A DNA stretch of 34,474 bases from Candidatus Zixiibacteriota bacterium (GCA_037441845.1 JBBIRK010000007.1:1-34474), one strand, 5' to 3'; positions 18,023-28,393 are shown, numbered from the stretch's first letter. Translations and numbers: made by a program. The notes: generated by a model not told the origin, from the sequence alone.

Positions 18023-20164
18023 CTATTTTTTCGCTATCCAATACAGCCGCGAATCCAGACGCGACAAATCGAGAATAAGGCCGTTTTTCAGATCGGCCGC
18101 CGTCGAGGTGATATTCTGATCCGCTAAAATATCCACCAGCTCGATTTTCGATTGGCGGATACCCGCACGCGATAAATCGGCGGCCACGACCACTCGCTTG
18201 ACTTGCCGCTCGGCCTGCCCCATATCGGCATTAATTATGAACAACGCCGCTCCCTTGTCGTTGCTCTGAAGTATGACGTGAACCGTGGGATCGGAACTCG
18301 ATACCGGAGTGGTGATATCGTTTTCTTCGAGCAAAGACTTGATAAAGCCGAGCTTCCCCGGTTCTCCCCTCGCCGATAAATCATAGGTGAAAAGATAATA
18401 TCTGCCTTTACCGGTTTTTCTGAAAACCCCCACCGTTTTTCCATCCGCTCGAGCAATCGGACGCGCCGAACCTTTGGCCGAGACATAACCATAGGTGATC
18501 GCTCTGAACGAAAAGCGATCGGTCACCACCAATGACGGATTATGCCATGACTTAGTGTCCACGCCCAGCGCCCTGCGCAACGTTCTCGATTTGTCGAACG
18601 ACAAATTATATTCGGGAACCAAGCCGATAAATACGACGATTATGCCTTTGGCGATAAGTTCGGCCAGTCTTTTCTGCACGTTGTCGTCCATGAATCCGCC
18701 GATCGGGACGAACATTATTTTCGTGTTTTCCAGATTACCCAATTGTTCGAGATCGCAAATATTGAAATCATAATTGAGCTGGCAGAAATCCACCGCAAGG
18801 TTGGCCTGGGTTTGCTGAATCAATTCGTGCATATACGAAAAATCGCCCACCGCCGGAATATCGTTGAAAAACCGATAAGGCCTGTAAACTCCGATCGCCG
18901 TCCTGGCCGTGGATTGCAGCGTATTCAGCCCGATCGCCTCGACCGCCACATTCAAGCGCCTTATGACTTCGTAAATATCATATACGGTTCCATCGGAACC
19001 CAAAGGCGGTCCTGCCCAGTGATCACGCCCGACGAACATGTAATAGTTCAACCCTTTAAGCCCGGCGGATAAAGATGACATGAGGATATGTTTTTGACGT
19101 ACCAATAAGTCGGCCTCGACGGTTTCAGGCGACCTACTGGGGTAACCGACGGCCACCTGCGGCGACCAGCAGTAGTTGACGTAACTCTTTACCTCCCTTA
19201 CGCGCGAGGCGATTTGATAATAATCGTCATCGAAGTTGATCGCCGGCCCGACGAGCGTTTTCTCCCCGTGAATTTTATCCCAGGCTATGGGCAGACTAAA
19301 ATCGACGGCCGCCGGTGTGACCACCGAAAACATACAGCCGACCCCCAACGCTTCAAATCTATCTTTCAGGAAATTATAGTGATCCTCGATAAGTTTAGCC
19401 TTGAATTCGAGCCAATCAAAATAGGGAGTCAGTTGTTCGTTTTTCTTGAAATGAAAATCGATCGGCGGGGCGATGCCGATAAAAGACTTCACTTTCGGAT
19501 ATCCGGGCGGCAGATCCTTTACCGTGCCATATTTCGATTCGAGGTAAGCCGGATATAAAACGGTCGTAACATGATTGTTATAATCGGATTCGAATATGCG
19601 ATGATTGCCCCCGAATAGATGCTGATCTTCGAGTTGAAGCAGAAAAACGGGACCTTTGGGAAAAATGTAATTCTGAATGGCATCGACGAGGCCTGCCAGA
19701 TAGCGTCGGATGTGGTTTTGATATTTGGGATGCGAATACGATGGTTGATAACCTGATTTAACCCCGGTATCGACCCTTGCGGTCAGCAAGCCGCCGGATG
19801 CGTCTCTTGCGATAAGCGATTCATCGGCAAAAAGATAACGCGGCAAACCGCCGTCCGGCCATTCGGCCTGAAAATAGGGACCAGGCTTAAGTATTATTTT
19901 GAACCCGAACTCTCGGGCAAGTTCAAGAAACACTATGAGATCGGTGAACGGATTGGTGATACCTTGGAAATCGAAAGCGCCCGGTTTTTCCTCATGAAGA
20001 TTCCATGGCACATAGCTTGAGATGATGCGGAAATTGGCTTTTTTCAAGCGATCGAAACAGATAGACCAGAATCTTTTCGGCACTCTGAAATAATGGATTT
20101 CAGCGGAGAAAGGCGAAAATTCGTCGCGGCCGATAAGGAACTTATTTTGAACTAACCCGAGCAA
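18023..20164 (-). CDS. GH35 beta-galactosidase-like protein with trimerisation-type domain, probably catalytically inactive
   Basis: SAEIHYFRVP, YVPWNLHE, DF.G, LKPGPY..AEW..GGLP, NYYMFVG are GH35 hallmarks. Catalytic positions read QLEDQH and SPQVAVG. TTG start with GAG RBS; no signal peptide. Confidence 0.82.
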   Translation of the reverse strand: MLGLVQNKFLIGRDEFSPFSAEIHYFRVPKRFWSICFDRLKKANFRIISSYVPWNLHEEKPGAFDFQGITNPFTDLIVFLELAREFGFKIILKPGPYFQAEWPDGGLPRYLFADESLIARDASGGLLTARVDTGVKSGYQPSYSHPKYQNHIRRYLAGLVDAIQNYIFPKGPVFLLQLEDQHLFGGNHRIFESDYNNHVTTVLYPAYLESKYGTVKDLPPGYPKVKSFIGIAPPIDFHFKKNEQLTPYFDWLEFKAKLIEDHYNFLKDRFEALGVGCMFSVVTPAAVDFSLPIAWDKIHGEKTLVGPAINFDDDYYQIASRVREVKSYVNYCWSPQVAVGYPSRSPETVEADLLVRQKHILMSSLSAGLKGLNYYMFVGRDHWAGPPLGSDGTVYDIYEVIRRLNVAVEAIGLNTLQSTARTAIGVYRPYRFFNDIPAVGDFSYMHELIQQTQANLAVDFCQLNYDFNICDLEQLGNLENTKIMFVPIGGFMDDNVQKRLAELIAKGIIVVFIGLVPEYNLSFDKSRTLRRALGVDTKSWHNPSLVVTDRFSFRAITYGYVSAKGSARPIARADGKTVGVFRKTGKGRYYLFTYDLSARGEPGKLGFIKSLLEENDITTPVSSSDPTVHVILQSNDKGAALFIINADMGQAERQVKRVVVAADLSRAGIRQSKIELVDILADQNITSTAADLKNGLILDLSRLDSRLYWIAKK

Positions 20165-20221
20165 TTCCTACTCTTTAAAATAACACCAAATGCCATAACG
20201 ATCCGGAATTTCACAGGCCGC

Positions 20222-20250
20222 AACGTAAACAATATTTCACAATTTGTCAA
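20222..20250 (-). promoter_or_regulatory. Possible sigma70 promoter for the GH35-like gene
   Basis: Minus strand TTGACA (20250-20245), 17 nt, TACGTT. Confidence 0.45.
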
Positions 20251-20326
20251 TAGTTTTTTGATAAGACATTGAAATATAAGGCACTACAACGATATTTCGA
20301 CGTTTTTTACAAAAAGGACGGTGCAC

Positions 20327-20367
20327 AAAAAAAGAGCGTGGCCGCCCTTTTCAGGACAGCCACGCTC
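20327..20367 (-). terminator. Strong Rho-independent terminator ending the dockerin gene cluster
   Basis: Minus strand gagcgtggctgtcct-GAAA-agggcggccacgctc (15-bp stem with G-U pairs) followed by T7. Confidence 0.9.
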
Positions 20368-20386
20368 GAGACTATCGACTTGCGTT

Positions 20387-23300
20387 TTAACGTGTCATTT
20401 CCGTGGGAATGACATTAATCCTAAGAGGAACGTTAGTGCAAGCGGGATAGCTGGTTTGAACAGGAGCAACCGGCGGATAGTCGCTGCAAGCAGCCGGCGG
20501 CGCCGCTGTTCCTTTGAAGTAGGCTACCAGCCTGGTGACGTCGGAAGGCTGCAGAGCGCAGTTGCCGTTGGCGTCACCCGAGGCGTAGAAGTTCGGCGGA
20601 GCGATGACCGCACCAGGATTGTTGAATTCGCAAGCAGGGAAGAATCCCTTGAAGTATCCAACCAATCTGGTGACGTCGGCACCGCTCACCTGCGGCGGCC
20701 ACGGCGCAACACCCATGTTGGCATCGCCCGGCAGATATTCATAGCCCATGAGCGGACCCATGAACTTGAACGTGCCGATCTGAGTCCCATGCTCTTCAGT
20801 ATAGGCGTCAGAAGCGAAGTCAACGCTGAGCGATATCGTCTGGCCGGCGTAGGTCCTGAGATCGAACAGCCTGTAATGCCACGGCATATAGCCGGTGAAT
20901 CCAGGCTGCAACGACATCAACGGACACAGGTTGCCGGTGTTGGTATCCACGCCCGGATAGCCCAGAATCGGAGCCAGAACGTTCCAGGTCGAGCCGCCAT
21001 CGGTCGTTATCTTGACGTTGGCGAAGTCCCAATCCAGCTCGTTCTCATAGGCCAGATCCAGCAAGGCATACCCTCTCCAGGTCGGATCCAGGGTCACGGT
21101 GCGGCTGACAAGCGGGCCGCAGTCGTTGGCCTGATACGGTCCGACCATGCGGGCGCCCCACCATCTGGTTCTGCCGCTGAGCGGCGCGCCGAAATACGGA
21201 TCAGTGCCGAATGCCCACGGATTACCCGTTAGTATCGGCGGCACGGTGAAGTCGGTGCTGTCACCGAGCTGATCCATCACATGGCTCATTACACCAAGAG
21301 TGTCGAAGGTGAAGGTCTGGGCGACGATCCGGTTGTCGCAGGTGTCGCCTTCGCCGGTGACCAATACGATGTCGATAGTGTAGTAGGACGTATCAAATCC
21401 CGGAGTCCAGGTTCCAAAATCGATCTGGGTGAACCCGCCGGCCGGGATAGTCACTCCAAATACCGTATCGGCATACGAATCAGGACCGGTGATGGATAGG
21501 TAAGCATCGGCTCCGGAAATCGCAGCCAAACCGTCGTTGTAGTAGGTAGCTTTGACAGGAACCGGCGTGCCGAATGCAACACCATTCGGCTCGTCGAGCG
21601 AAACCGCCACGGCGTCGATATAGGTCGACGGACGGTTGTCGTAGTGGACATACCACTGCATATAGAACGGCTGTCCGAAGGCGGTCGAAGCCCTCATCCA
21701 AGTGCCGTCCTCTATCAGCGATGAATCACCCATGCTGCTGGCAAGACCGAAGTAGAATTCCTGAGTACCCTGAGTGAGGAACAGCGGTCCGGTATAATCG
21801 GGAGCGCCCGCACCATTGCGATTCCAAACCATCAGCAAGAACGTATCAGGCAACGAGGCATAAAGCGCCGGGCTGATATCGATTCTCGTGTAATTCGGAT
21901 AGTCGCAGGTGACATAGAACGGTCCGGCGATCCTGGTGGTGCCGGTGTCGGCGCCGCTATCGTAGCCGAATATCGACCAGCCGAACTGCGGCCGCGGAAC
22001 CGCAACGCTCTGCAGAGCAAGCAGGAAGTGATCAATCGTGCCTACCGACGGCTTCACGTAAAGGTGACCCATGTGGTATTTGCCGGACGTGTAGTAAGTG
22101 CTTCCGCCGGTGAAATAGCTGGCGTAAGCGCCATAGCCAACGGTCAAGCCGTAGCCATTGGTGTTGTTGCCCGGGACTTCGTCGGTACAGCTGGTGGGCG
22201 TTACGGTAGCGATGACCGTGTAATCATCGGAGCAGCCGCCGGTAACGAATGGATCGAAACCGGTAACCAGGACCGTAGCGCCGGCTCCGAACGAAACGCC
22301 GGTAACAACGTCGGAGTAAATCGGGCCGTAGATGGCGCCGGTGATGGTGATGGTTACATCACCGACCGAGCCGACGACCGCGTTGTTCCTGACGTTGACC
22401 TCAGGATTGATCGTCGAGCCGGGCGTAACCACCGAAGGCATCGAGCCGAAATCAAGCAGCTCGAGGTCGCAATTAATGGCGGTCGGATTGACCTCGACGT
22501 CATCGACATACCATTCATCGGAGTAATTGCCGGTGTATTGCAGCGCAATCCACACCGTCGAATTGCCGGCATAAGCGGTCAGGTCGAACGCGACCGGGGC
22601 GCCGCCGAAGCCGTTGATGGTGTGGTTGGCGGGCGTGTGGTCGGCCAACAGAGTCGCGGTGGCCGGATCGAAACACGGTCCAGTTGCGATATACATGCGG
22701 TGATGGTCGCCGTAGCTGGCCCAATAGGTCTGATCTTCATAGAAGCTGAACCTGGGGGAAGTCGCCGTGGTGAAGTCCATCGGCGGCAACACCAGCCATT
22801 CGTCCTTGACCGATGAAGAAGGATCGTCATCGACGAAGGCCGAATTCGGAGAGCTTCTGAACATGACGGTGCTGATCATCCAGCCGTCGGCCGTGGCGTT
22901 CCCGAAATCGAGAACCGTCCAGCCGGCAGGCGGGAACACGCCGCCGTCGAAGTTTTCGGCAAACGGCAAGCCGGCTGCCGTGCGGATAGCGCGACCTTCG
23001 GATCTGCTGTCGTTAAGCGGATTCGAATCGCCGGCCAATACGGTAGTGACCGTCAAAGTGTAATCGCCGAAGACAGGCGACCACGCCGTCGGGCAGGCGA
23101 CCAAGACGCTGTCGTTGCCCGGGATGCTGATGCCCGGGGCCGAGCCGATCAAGTTGACGCCTTCATAGAAATCAACCTGAGCACCGGTTACAGCCGAGGA
23201 AGTGAAGTTCTTGACGTAGGCCGTGATCGTGTAAGAACCGGCAACGGCTATGGCGCAAGGATCGACGATATCGGTGACGCCAATGTCGTTGTTGATAGCG

Positions 23301-26300
23301 ATCGCGCCGAAATCATCGATATACATACCGGCATACTGAATCGACGAATCGCCGGCCATGTCGAATCTCAACAGAACGGTCTGGCCGGCATAAGGGGTCA
23401 GATCGATCGTAACCTGTACCCAGCCGCCGGACTGGCCGTTCCAAACCTGCTCACCCAGCATCGGGTTGGTGCCGGCGGTGATCGTCGAGTTATACGGACG
23501 AGAGGTAGTGATCACCGACCAGGTGGCGCCGCCATCGGTCGATATCTTGACGTTGCAACCGTCGTATCCCGAACCCTCGGTGTAATACCAGAGCCAGAAG
23601 CTGGCCTGATAAACTGCACCGCCGGTAAGGGTGATCCCCTGCGATACCAGCGTGTTCAGGGTTGAGGCGTCGTAGGTGTTATCGAGGTCGGTGCCCCAAC
23701 AATTAACCCCGCTGTAAGCGGTAGCCGGGCCGCTGGCGTAGGTCGGGGTTCCCCACTCCCATTCGCCGGCAGCAGGCAAGAAACCGCCGTTATTCGCTTC
23801 GAAATCGGTGAAGAACGGCAAACCGGTTACGCCATAGACCACCACTCCTTTGGAGCTGGCGTCATTGGCGGGGTTGCCGTCGCCGGGCAGAACCGTGGTG
23901 GCCATAATGGTATGAGGTCCGATTAAGGCAGGCCACGGCACCGGGCAAGCAACAGGAACCGAGCCGAACGGAGGCAGTGGGATTCCAGCAGCCGTGCCGA
24001 GCAACAAGGCATCGACGTAGAAATCAACGTTCACCACCACTGGGGTTGCCGTGAAGTTGGTCGCGGTCGCCCAGATGTTGTAGATACCCAGCGGAATGAA
24101 ATTCGTCGCAGGTGTGTCAATCGAAGTCACGCCCACATCGAGAGCCGGGGCCGTATAGTAGAACTTGACGGCCAGGCCGTCCCACGGGTAGTTGCCCAGA
24201 TCGGTTTCGAAGAAGTACTGCAAACCGGTGGTGCCGGTCTGGTTCTCGATACCGATGGTGACGTCGGTCTGCATGTTGGGCGAAATGTTGTTGTATTGAT
24301 AGGTGATCGTGCTGTCGCCCCAGTTGATGATGACCTGCATGTCGAGATCGAGCGCATTCTGGCCATAGTGTATGATGCTGTCGTATTCCACCACGAACCG
24401 CGAATTGACGGCATCAACCAGATACTTGATGCTGCCGACGCGGTTGTTCATATCGTCCCAGTAACCGGCGAGAATCGTATTAGGCGTGCCGGCGGTGGGT
24501 ATAGCCGCATTGGCATCGGGCAACGAGGTCTGGGAAACATCGAGAGTCAGTATGCCGTTGGCGCCGATTTTGACCGAGTCATACATCGTGCCATAGAAAT
24601 AGAAGGAGCCGCCCAGCCACTTGGCGGTGCTCACGCCGGTATCGTAGCTGGAGAGAGTGCACACCGTAGCCGCGGACATATCGACCCAGCTGAAAGTCGG
24701 ACCGCCGGGTTGGGTGTTGTCGATCCAGCTATACAGCCCGGCATCGGGGCCGCCGGTTCCCGCATGCGGATAAACCGTGAGCGTGGAATTGAAGGTGTTA
24801 TCGCCGGCTGCTTCTTCACCCGGGTTATCTGCGTAGAGCGTGAAAGTAACCGAGCCGGGACCTGCGGCGGCGTAATTGTCGAAGGTTACGGTAGTCTCGG
24901 CCAGCGAGGCCAACGAAATGCCGAAGACCGTATCGACATAGCCGTCGTTCGTGGTCATTATACCGTCAAACGTCTGCGCCGTGGTGCCCGAATTACGGAA
25001 TCTGCCCTGGACAGTATAAGCTTTAGCGTCGTTCAAGAAACCGCTCGGCGCGGGAATCGACATTGCGGTGATGTCGTCGCTCCAGCTGTCGATCTTAATG
25101 GCGACACTATCAAGATACCAGGCCGAAGAAGTAGTAGTGGTACCGTCCCAGTGGTTCTTATAGCGCCAGGCGATCTTGACGTTGCTCTGGTAGTTGGCCC
25201 AAGATTGGATGTTGTAGGTGCGGCGGTGCGGCGATGAGGTCGTGCCGGAGTCAGCGCCGCGATAGGTCGCGATAGCTATCGGCCAAGTAGCGCCGCCGTC
25301 GGTGGAGCCCAGAACATAGGCCGTATCCCAATCGCCCGACCTGTCGTCGTAGACATGTTTGAAATACAAGTCGATAGTGTCAAATCCTGCGGAGAAGTCG
25401 AGAGTCGGAGTAATCAGCCACTCGTCCTGATTTTCCTGCGGCCGATAATAGACCTCAGCGCAGGAATCACTGTTCAAGACGTATTTGACCCAGTCGTTGT
25501 TGTCCCACATCTGATACTGGCGATCCTCGATGGTCCAGCCGGCGGGTGGATTGTCTCCATAGGGACCCCATCCGCTGAAGTTGGTCGAGGCGGCCAAATT
25601 GCCGTCGCCCCAGATGCTGATATCATCGAGATAAGAATACCAGCCTCCGTCAGGCGCTATATGGACAAAGGCAACCTTGAAGTTGCTCTGCCCCGCGGCA
25701 ACGGCGGAAATATCGAAGAACAATCTCGACGAAGATTTAGTGCTGCTTCCCTGATCAGCTTCCTGATAAAAGGCGATGGTATGGGGCCAGGTGGCGCCGC
25801 CGTCGGTGGAAGCCATCACCTTGAACGAGTCCGCGCGGCCGAGATAGTCGTCGTAAAAGAGGTAGAAGGTCAACGAGCAGGTGGTCGCTGCTGAGAAATC
25901 ACAGGCGGGGGAAATCAGCCACTCGTTTTGATTTTCGTAAGGCAAATAGTAAGCTCTGGCGACAGTGTCCGCCCAGCTCGAGTAATAGTATTTATACCAA
26001 TCGTTGCAGTTCCAGACATATACCATCGTGCCGCTGTCGACGATCGACCAGCCGGCGGGCGGGTTGTCGCCTCTCGGCCCCCAACCCTTGAAATCCTGGA
26101 ACAGGAAATTGGTGGTGGTGACCACCGGCGGCTCGTTTTGTTGGTCTATCTGCCGACCGTAGACGAGCTGATACAGCTCCTCGGAGCGCTGGTTGTCCAT
26201 CGCTTTGAGGGCTGCTTCGTTCATCTCCTCCGGATTTTCGGCCGTGGCCGCGATTTCGGCCTTGGTCGCTTCCAGCTCGCGGATGCGCTTCATCTCTTCC

Positions 26301-26551
26301 TTGGCCGCGATAACCGCTTGATCCTCGGTCGATTCCGTGCGCATTTCCGTCGGTGCCGGAGTCGATTTGGCCGGTGTGGCGACTTTGGCCGGGGTTGCGC
26401 CTTTGAAGGTGACTTCTTTGTCGGTGGCGACACGGCCGTCACCTGCTTTGGCGATGGTCAGATTCTTGCCGATCGAGGGTTGTCCCGCCCAAGCCCACAA
26501 CAGGCCGACGGCGAGAACGAGCACCATCGTCAACAATAAAGTTTTTCGCAT
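20387..26551 (-). CDS. 2054-aa secreted multidomain adhesin-like protein (cleaved-adhesin/choice-of-anchor-J-like and MAM-like jelly rolls alternating with CARDB-like Ig domains) with C-terminal dockerin
   Basis: Signal peptide and GGAGG RBS. Duplicated GWGPxGDNPPAGW, repeated EWLI(S/T)P..DF and (S/T)TDGG(A/S)TW, WY(L/V)D(D/S). C-terminal GDAN...GADVTRLVGYFKG...GDANGNC..PSDVTRLVAYFKG. Confidence 0.85.
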   Translation of the reverse strand: MRKTLLLTMVLVLAVGLLWAWAGQPSIGKNLTIAKAGDGRVATDKEVTFKGATPAKVATPAKSTPAPTEMRTESTEDQAVIAAKEEMKRIRELEATKAEIAATAENPEEMNEAALKAMDNQRSEELYQLVYGRQIDQQNEPPVVTTTNFLFQDFKGWGPRGDNPPAGWSIVDSGTMVYVWNCNDWYKYYYSSWADTVARAYYLPYENQNEWLISPACDFSAATTCSLTFYLFYDDYLGRADSFKVMASTDGGATWPHTIAFYQEADQGSSTKSSSRLFFDISAVAAGQSNFKVAFVHIAPDGGWYSYLDDISIWGDGNLAASTNFSGWGPYGDNPPAGWTIEDRQYQMWDNNDWVKYVLNSDSCAEVYYRPQENQDEWLITPTLDFSAGFDTIDLYFKHVYDDRSGDWDTAYVLGSTDGGATWPIAIATYRGADSGTTSSPHRRTYNIQSWANYQSNVKIAWRYKNHWDGTTTTSSAWYLDSVAIKIDSWSDDITAMSIPAPSGFLNDAKAYTVQGRFRNSGTTAQTFDGIMTTNDGYVDTVFGISLASLAETTVTFDNYAAAGPGSVTFTLYADNPGEEAAGDNTFNSTLTVYPHAGTGGPDAGLYSWIDNTQPGGPTFSWVDMSAATVCTLSSYDTGVSTAKWLGGSFYFYGTMYDSVKIGANGILTLDVSQTSLPDANAAIPTAGTPNTILAGYWDDMNNRVGSIKYLVDAVNSRFVVEYDSIIHYGQNALDLDMQVIINWGDSTITYQYNNISPNMQTDVTIGIENQTGTTGLQYFFETDLGNYPWDGLAVKFYYTAPALDVGVTSIDTPATNFIPLGIYNIWATATNFTATPVVVNVDFYVDALLLGTAAGIPLPPFGSVPVACPVPWPALIGPHTIMATTVLPGDGNPANDASSKGVVVYGVTGLPFFTDFEANNGGFLPAAGEWEWGTPTYASGPATAYSGVNCWGTDLDNTYDASTLNTLVSQGITLTGGAVYQASFWLWYYTEGSGYDGCNVKISTDGGATWSVITTSRPYNSTITAGTNPMLGEQVWNGQSGGWVQVTIDLTPYAGQTVLLRFDMAGDSSIQYAGMYIDDFGAIAINNDIGVTDIVDPCAIAVAGSYTITAYVKNFTSSAVTGAQVDFYEGVNLIGSAPGISIPGNDSVLVACPTAWSPVFGDYTLTVTTVLAGDSNPLNDSRSEGRAIRTAAGLPFAENFDGGVFPPAGWTVLDFGNATADGWMISTVMFRSSPNSAFVDDDPSSSVKDEWLVLPPMDFTTATSPRFSFYEDQTYWASYGDHHRMYIATGPCFDPATATLLADHTPANHTINGFGGAPVAFDLTAYAGNSTVWIALQYTGNYSDEWYVDDVEVNPTAINCDLELLDFGSMPSVVTPGSTINPEVNVRNNAVVGSVGDVTITITGAIYGPIYSDVVTGVSFGAGATVLVTGFDPFVTGGCSDDYTVIATVTPTSCTDEVPGNNTNGYGLTVGYGAYASYFTGGSTYYTSGKYHMGHLYVKPSVGTIDHFLLALQSVAVPRPQFGWSIFGYDSGADTGTTRIAGPFYVTCDYPNYTRIDISPALYASLPDTFLLMVWNRNGAGAPDYTGPLFLTQGTQEFYFGLASSMGDSSLIEDGTWMRASTAFGQPFYMQWYVHYDNRPSTYIDAVAVSLDEPNGVAFGTPVPVKATYYNDGLAAISGADAYLSITGPDSYADTVFGVTIPAGGFTQIDFGTWTPGFDTSYYTIDIVLVTGEGDTCDNRIVAQTFTFDTLGVMSHVMDQLGDSTDFTVPPILTGNPWAFGTDPYFGAPLSGRTRWWGARMVGPYQANDCGPLVSRTVTLDPTWRGYALLDLAYENELDWDFANVKITTDGGSTWNVLAPILGYPGVDTNTGNLCPLMSLQPGFTGYMPWHYRLFDLRTYAGQTISLSVDFASDAYTEEHGTQIGTFKFMGPLMGYEYLPGDANMGVAPWPPQVSGADVTRLVGYFKGFFPACEFNNPGAVIAPPNFYASGDANGNCALQPSDVTRLVAYFKGTAAPPAACSDYPPVAPVQTSYPACTNVPLRINVIPTEMTR

Positions 26552-26586
26552 ATCATTCCTCCATAAGCCATTTGGAGAACTCTTTT

Positions 26587-26607
26587 GTCCTGAATCGGAT
26601 TCAGGAC
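26587..26607. repeat. Perfect 10-bp inverted repeat in the leader of the 2054-aa gene
   Basis: gtcctgaatc-g-gattcaggac. Confidence 0.7.
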
Positions 26608-26758
26608 TCGTTTCGTTTCGGTCTTTCCTGATTTCCTTGACCGTTAAAGGTTAATCGTTTGATACGTGAGAAACTTGAGTGAACCAGATAAAAAGTTTGC
26701 TCTCTTCTCTACTCCTCCTTTACATCTCGGTTATGGGTTGAACTTGTATTTCCATTTG

Positions 26759-28375
26759 TCAAAGTCCCGTGCATCTTGCCGGAGCGGAGCCGCCCTTGAA
26801 ATAGTTGACCAGATATGTGACATCGGACCCCTGCACCTGGCAATTTCCGTTGGCGTCGGCGCGTAAAAGCGGCGGCGGCGGCGGATCGCCTATCCCTTTA
26901 AGGTAACGCGCCAAATAGGTGACGTCGGCGCCCTCGACACTGCCGTTGCCGTTGACATCGCCGGCCACATACGCCAAAGGCGAAAGCGAGGCGAAACAGT
27001 TGATGCGGCCGGTCCCCAGCATCCCGGCATAAGCGGGATTGAGGTGGTCGATGGTGTCGGCATAATTCTTTATATAATTGGTTATCGAATCAGGCGTGAA
27101 CGACGGCTTCAGAGCTTTGATCAATGCGGCCAGTCCGGCCACTATCGGCGAAGCCATCGAGGTGCCGCTTTCGGACGAATAATTGTATTGACCCCAGGTG
27201 GTGTAGATATTGGTTCCGGGAGCGCTGACATCGACCCAAGTGCCGTAATTGGAGAAGTCTGCTTTGTGATCGTAATTGTCGGTGGCGGCCACGGCCAACA
27301 CATAGGTGTAGGCGGCGGGATAGTTGACATACGGCGGCGTCCAGAAATCGTCGTTTCCGGCGGCGGCGACGACCAACGTTCCCTCGCTGCGAACGTGGGT
27401 TACGACATTCTGCTCGTATTGAGAGTAGCCGGGAGATCCCCACGAACAATTTATGATTCTGGCGCCCATATCGGAGGCGTATAATACACCCTGCCAAACG
27501 GCGGTCAGGTTGCCGGAGTTGTCGGCGCCCTTGACAGCCATGATTCTCGCCCGGAAACCGATCGCCGCACCGCCGACACCGTTATCGGTGACCTCGGAGG
27601 CGCAACCGGCAACGTGGGTGCCGTGCAACGGCGATGGTTCGGCGGGATTATTATCGCCGGAGCCGAAATCCCAGCCGATTACGTCATCGATATAGCCGTT
27701 GCCGTCGTTATCGATATTGTTCAAATCGCCGGCATCCAGAGTTCCGTTATGATTCAAGTCTTCCAAAGCATTAACCCACATATTGGCGGCCAAATCGGGA
27801 TGATCCCAATATACTCCCGTATCCACGATTCCTATTATAGAATATCGGGTGGTATCTCCATGGATTAAGTCCCATCCGGCGTAAGCCTGAGTCTTAGTGA
27901 GATGCCATTGGACGGTTCGGTAGGGGTCGTTCGGCGTGTAAAATGCCACCGGAATGGAATATGGTTCGGCCAGTTCGATATTGCTGTCGCCTCTGAGAAT
28001 CGCGGCGGCATCCGCTAAACTGATGTCCTCGGAAATGAAGAAAACATACATTCTATCTGCGAGGCTTCTAAGGTTGGGGCTTCGCAAAGGATATTTATAC
28101 CATTTTTCGATGCGTTCGATATGGGCCATAGCGCAGGTGCGGTCGAGTTCGACCAATCCGGTGGTTGCGGGTTGATCCTTCTCGTAGAGATTAAGCTGGG
28201 GGGAACCTGGATAAAGCGTCACAACCAGACGATCATCGAAACAACGCCGGCCGTCCGGCAGCTCGATAATCCGCCCCGACTGCGCCCCCTGAACTGCGGC
28301 GTACCACAATACGGCCATAAACAACGTCAGGATTCCCCGACCTGCCCCCTCTAACTTTGCAGGCTTTCGGGTCAT
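26759..28375 (-). CDS. Subtilisin-family (S8) serine protease with propeptide and C-terminal dockerin
   Basis: Catalytic triad IVDTG / HGTHVAG / SGTSMASP, oxyanion AAAGN, Ca-binding insert DNDGNGYIDD. C-terminal GDVNGNGSVEGADVTYL...ADANGNCQVQGSDVTYLVNYFKG. Confidence 0.93.
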   Translation of the reverse strand: MTRKPAKLEGAGRGILTLFMAVLWYAAVQGAQSGRIIELPDGRRCFDDRLVVTLYPGSPQLNLYEKDQPATTGLVELDRTCAMAHIERIEKWYKYPLRSPNLRSLADRMYVFFISEDISLADAAAILRGDSNIELAEPYSIPVAFYTPNDPYRTVQWHLTKTQAYAGWDLIHGDTTRYSIIGIVDTGVYWDHPDLAANMWVNALEDLNHNGTLDAGDLNNIDNDGNGYIDDVIGWDFGSGDNNPAEPSPLHGTHVAGCASEVTDNGVGGAAIGFRARIMAVKGADNSGNLTAVWQGVLYASDMGARIINCSWGSPGYSQYEQNVVTHVRSEGTLVVAAAGNDDFWTPPYVNYPAAYTYVLAVAATDNYDHKADFSNYGTWVDVSAPGTNIYTTWGQYNYSSESGTSMASPIVAGLAALIKALKPSFTPDSITNYIKNYADTIDHLNPAYAGMLGTGRINCFASLSPLAYVAGDVNGNGSVEGADVTYLARYLKGIGDPPPPPLLRADANGNCQVQGSDVTYLVNYFKGGSAPARCTGL

Positions 28376-28393
28376 TTGCTTCTCAATACTCGG

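Noticed and set aside
18023..20164. GH35-like gene as cellulosome-type cargo of the adjacent dockerin cluster
   Set aside because: It has no signal peptide or dockerin and is separated from the cluster by a strong terminator and its own promoter candidate.
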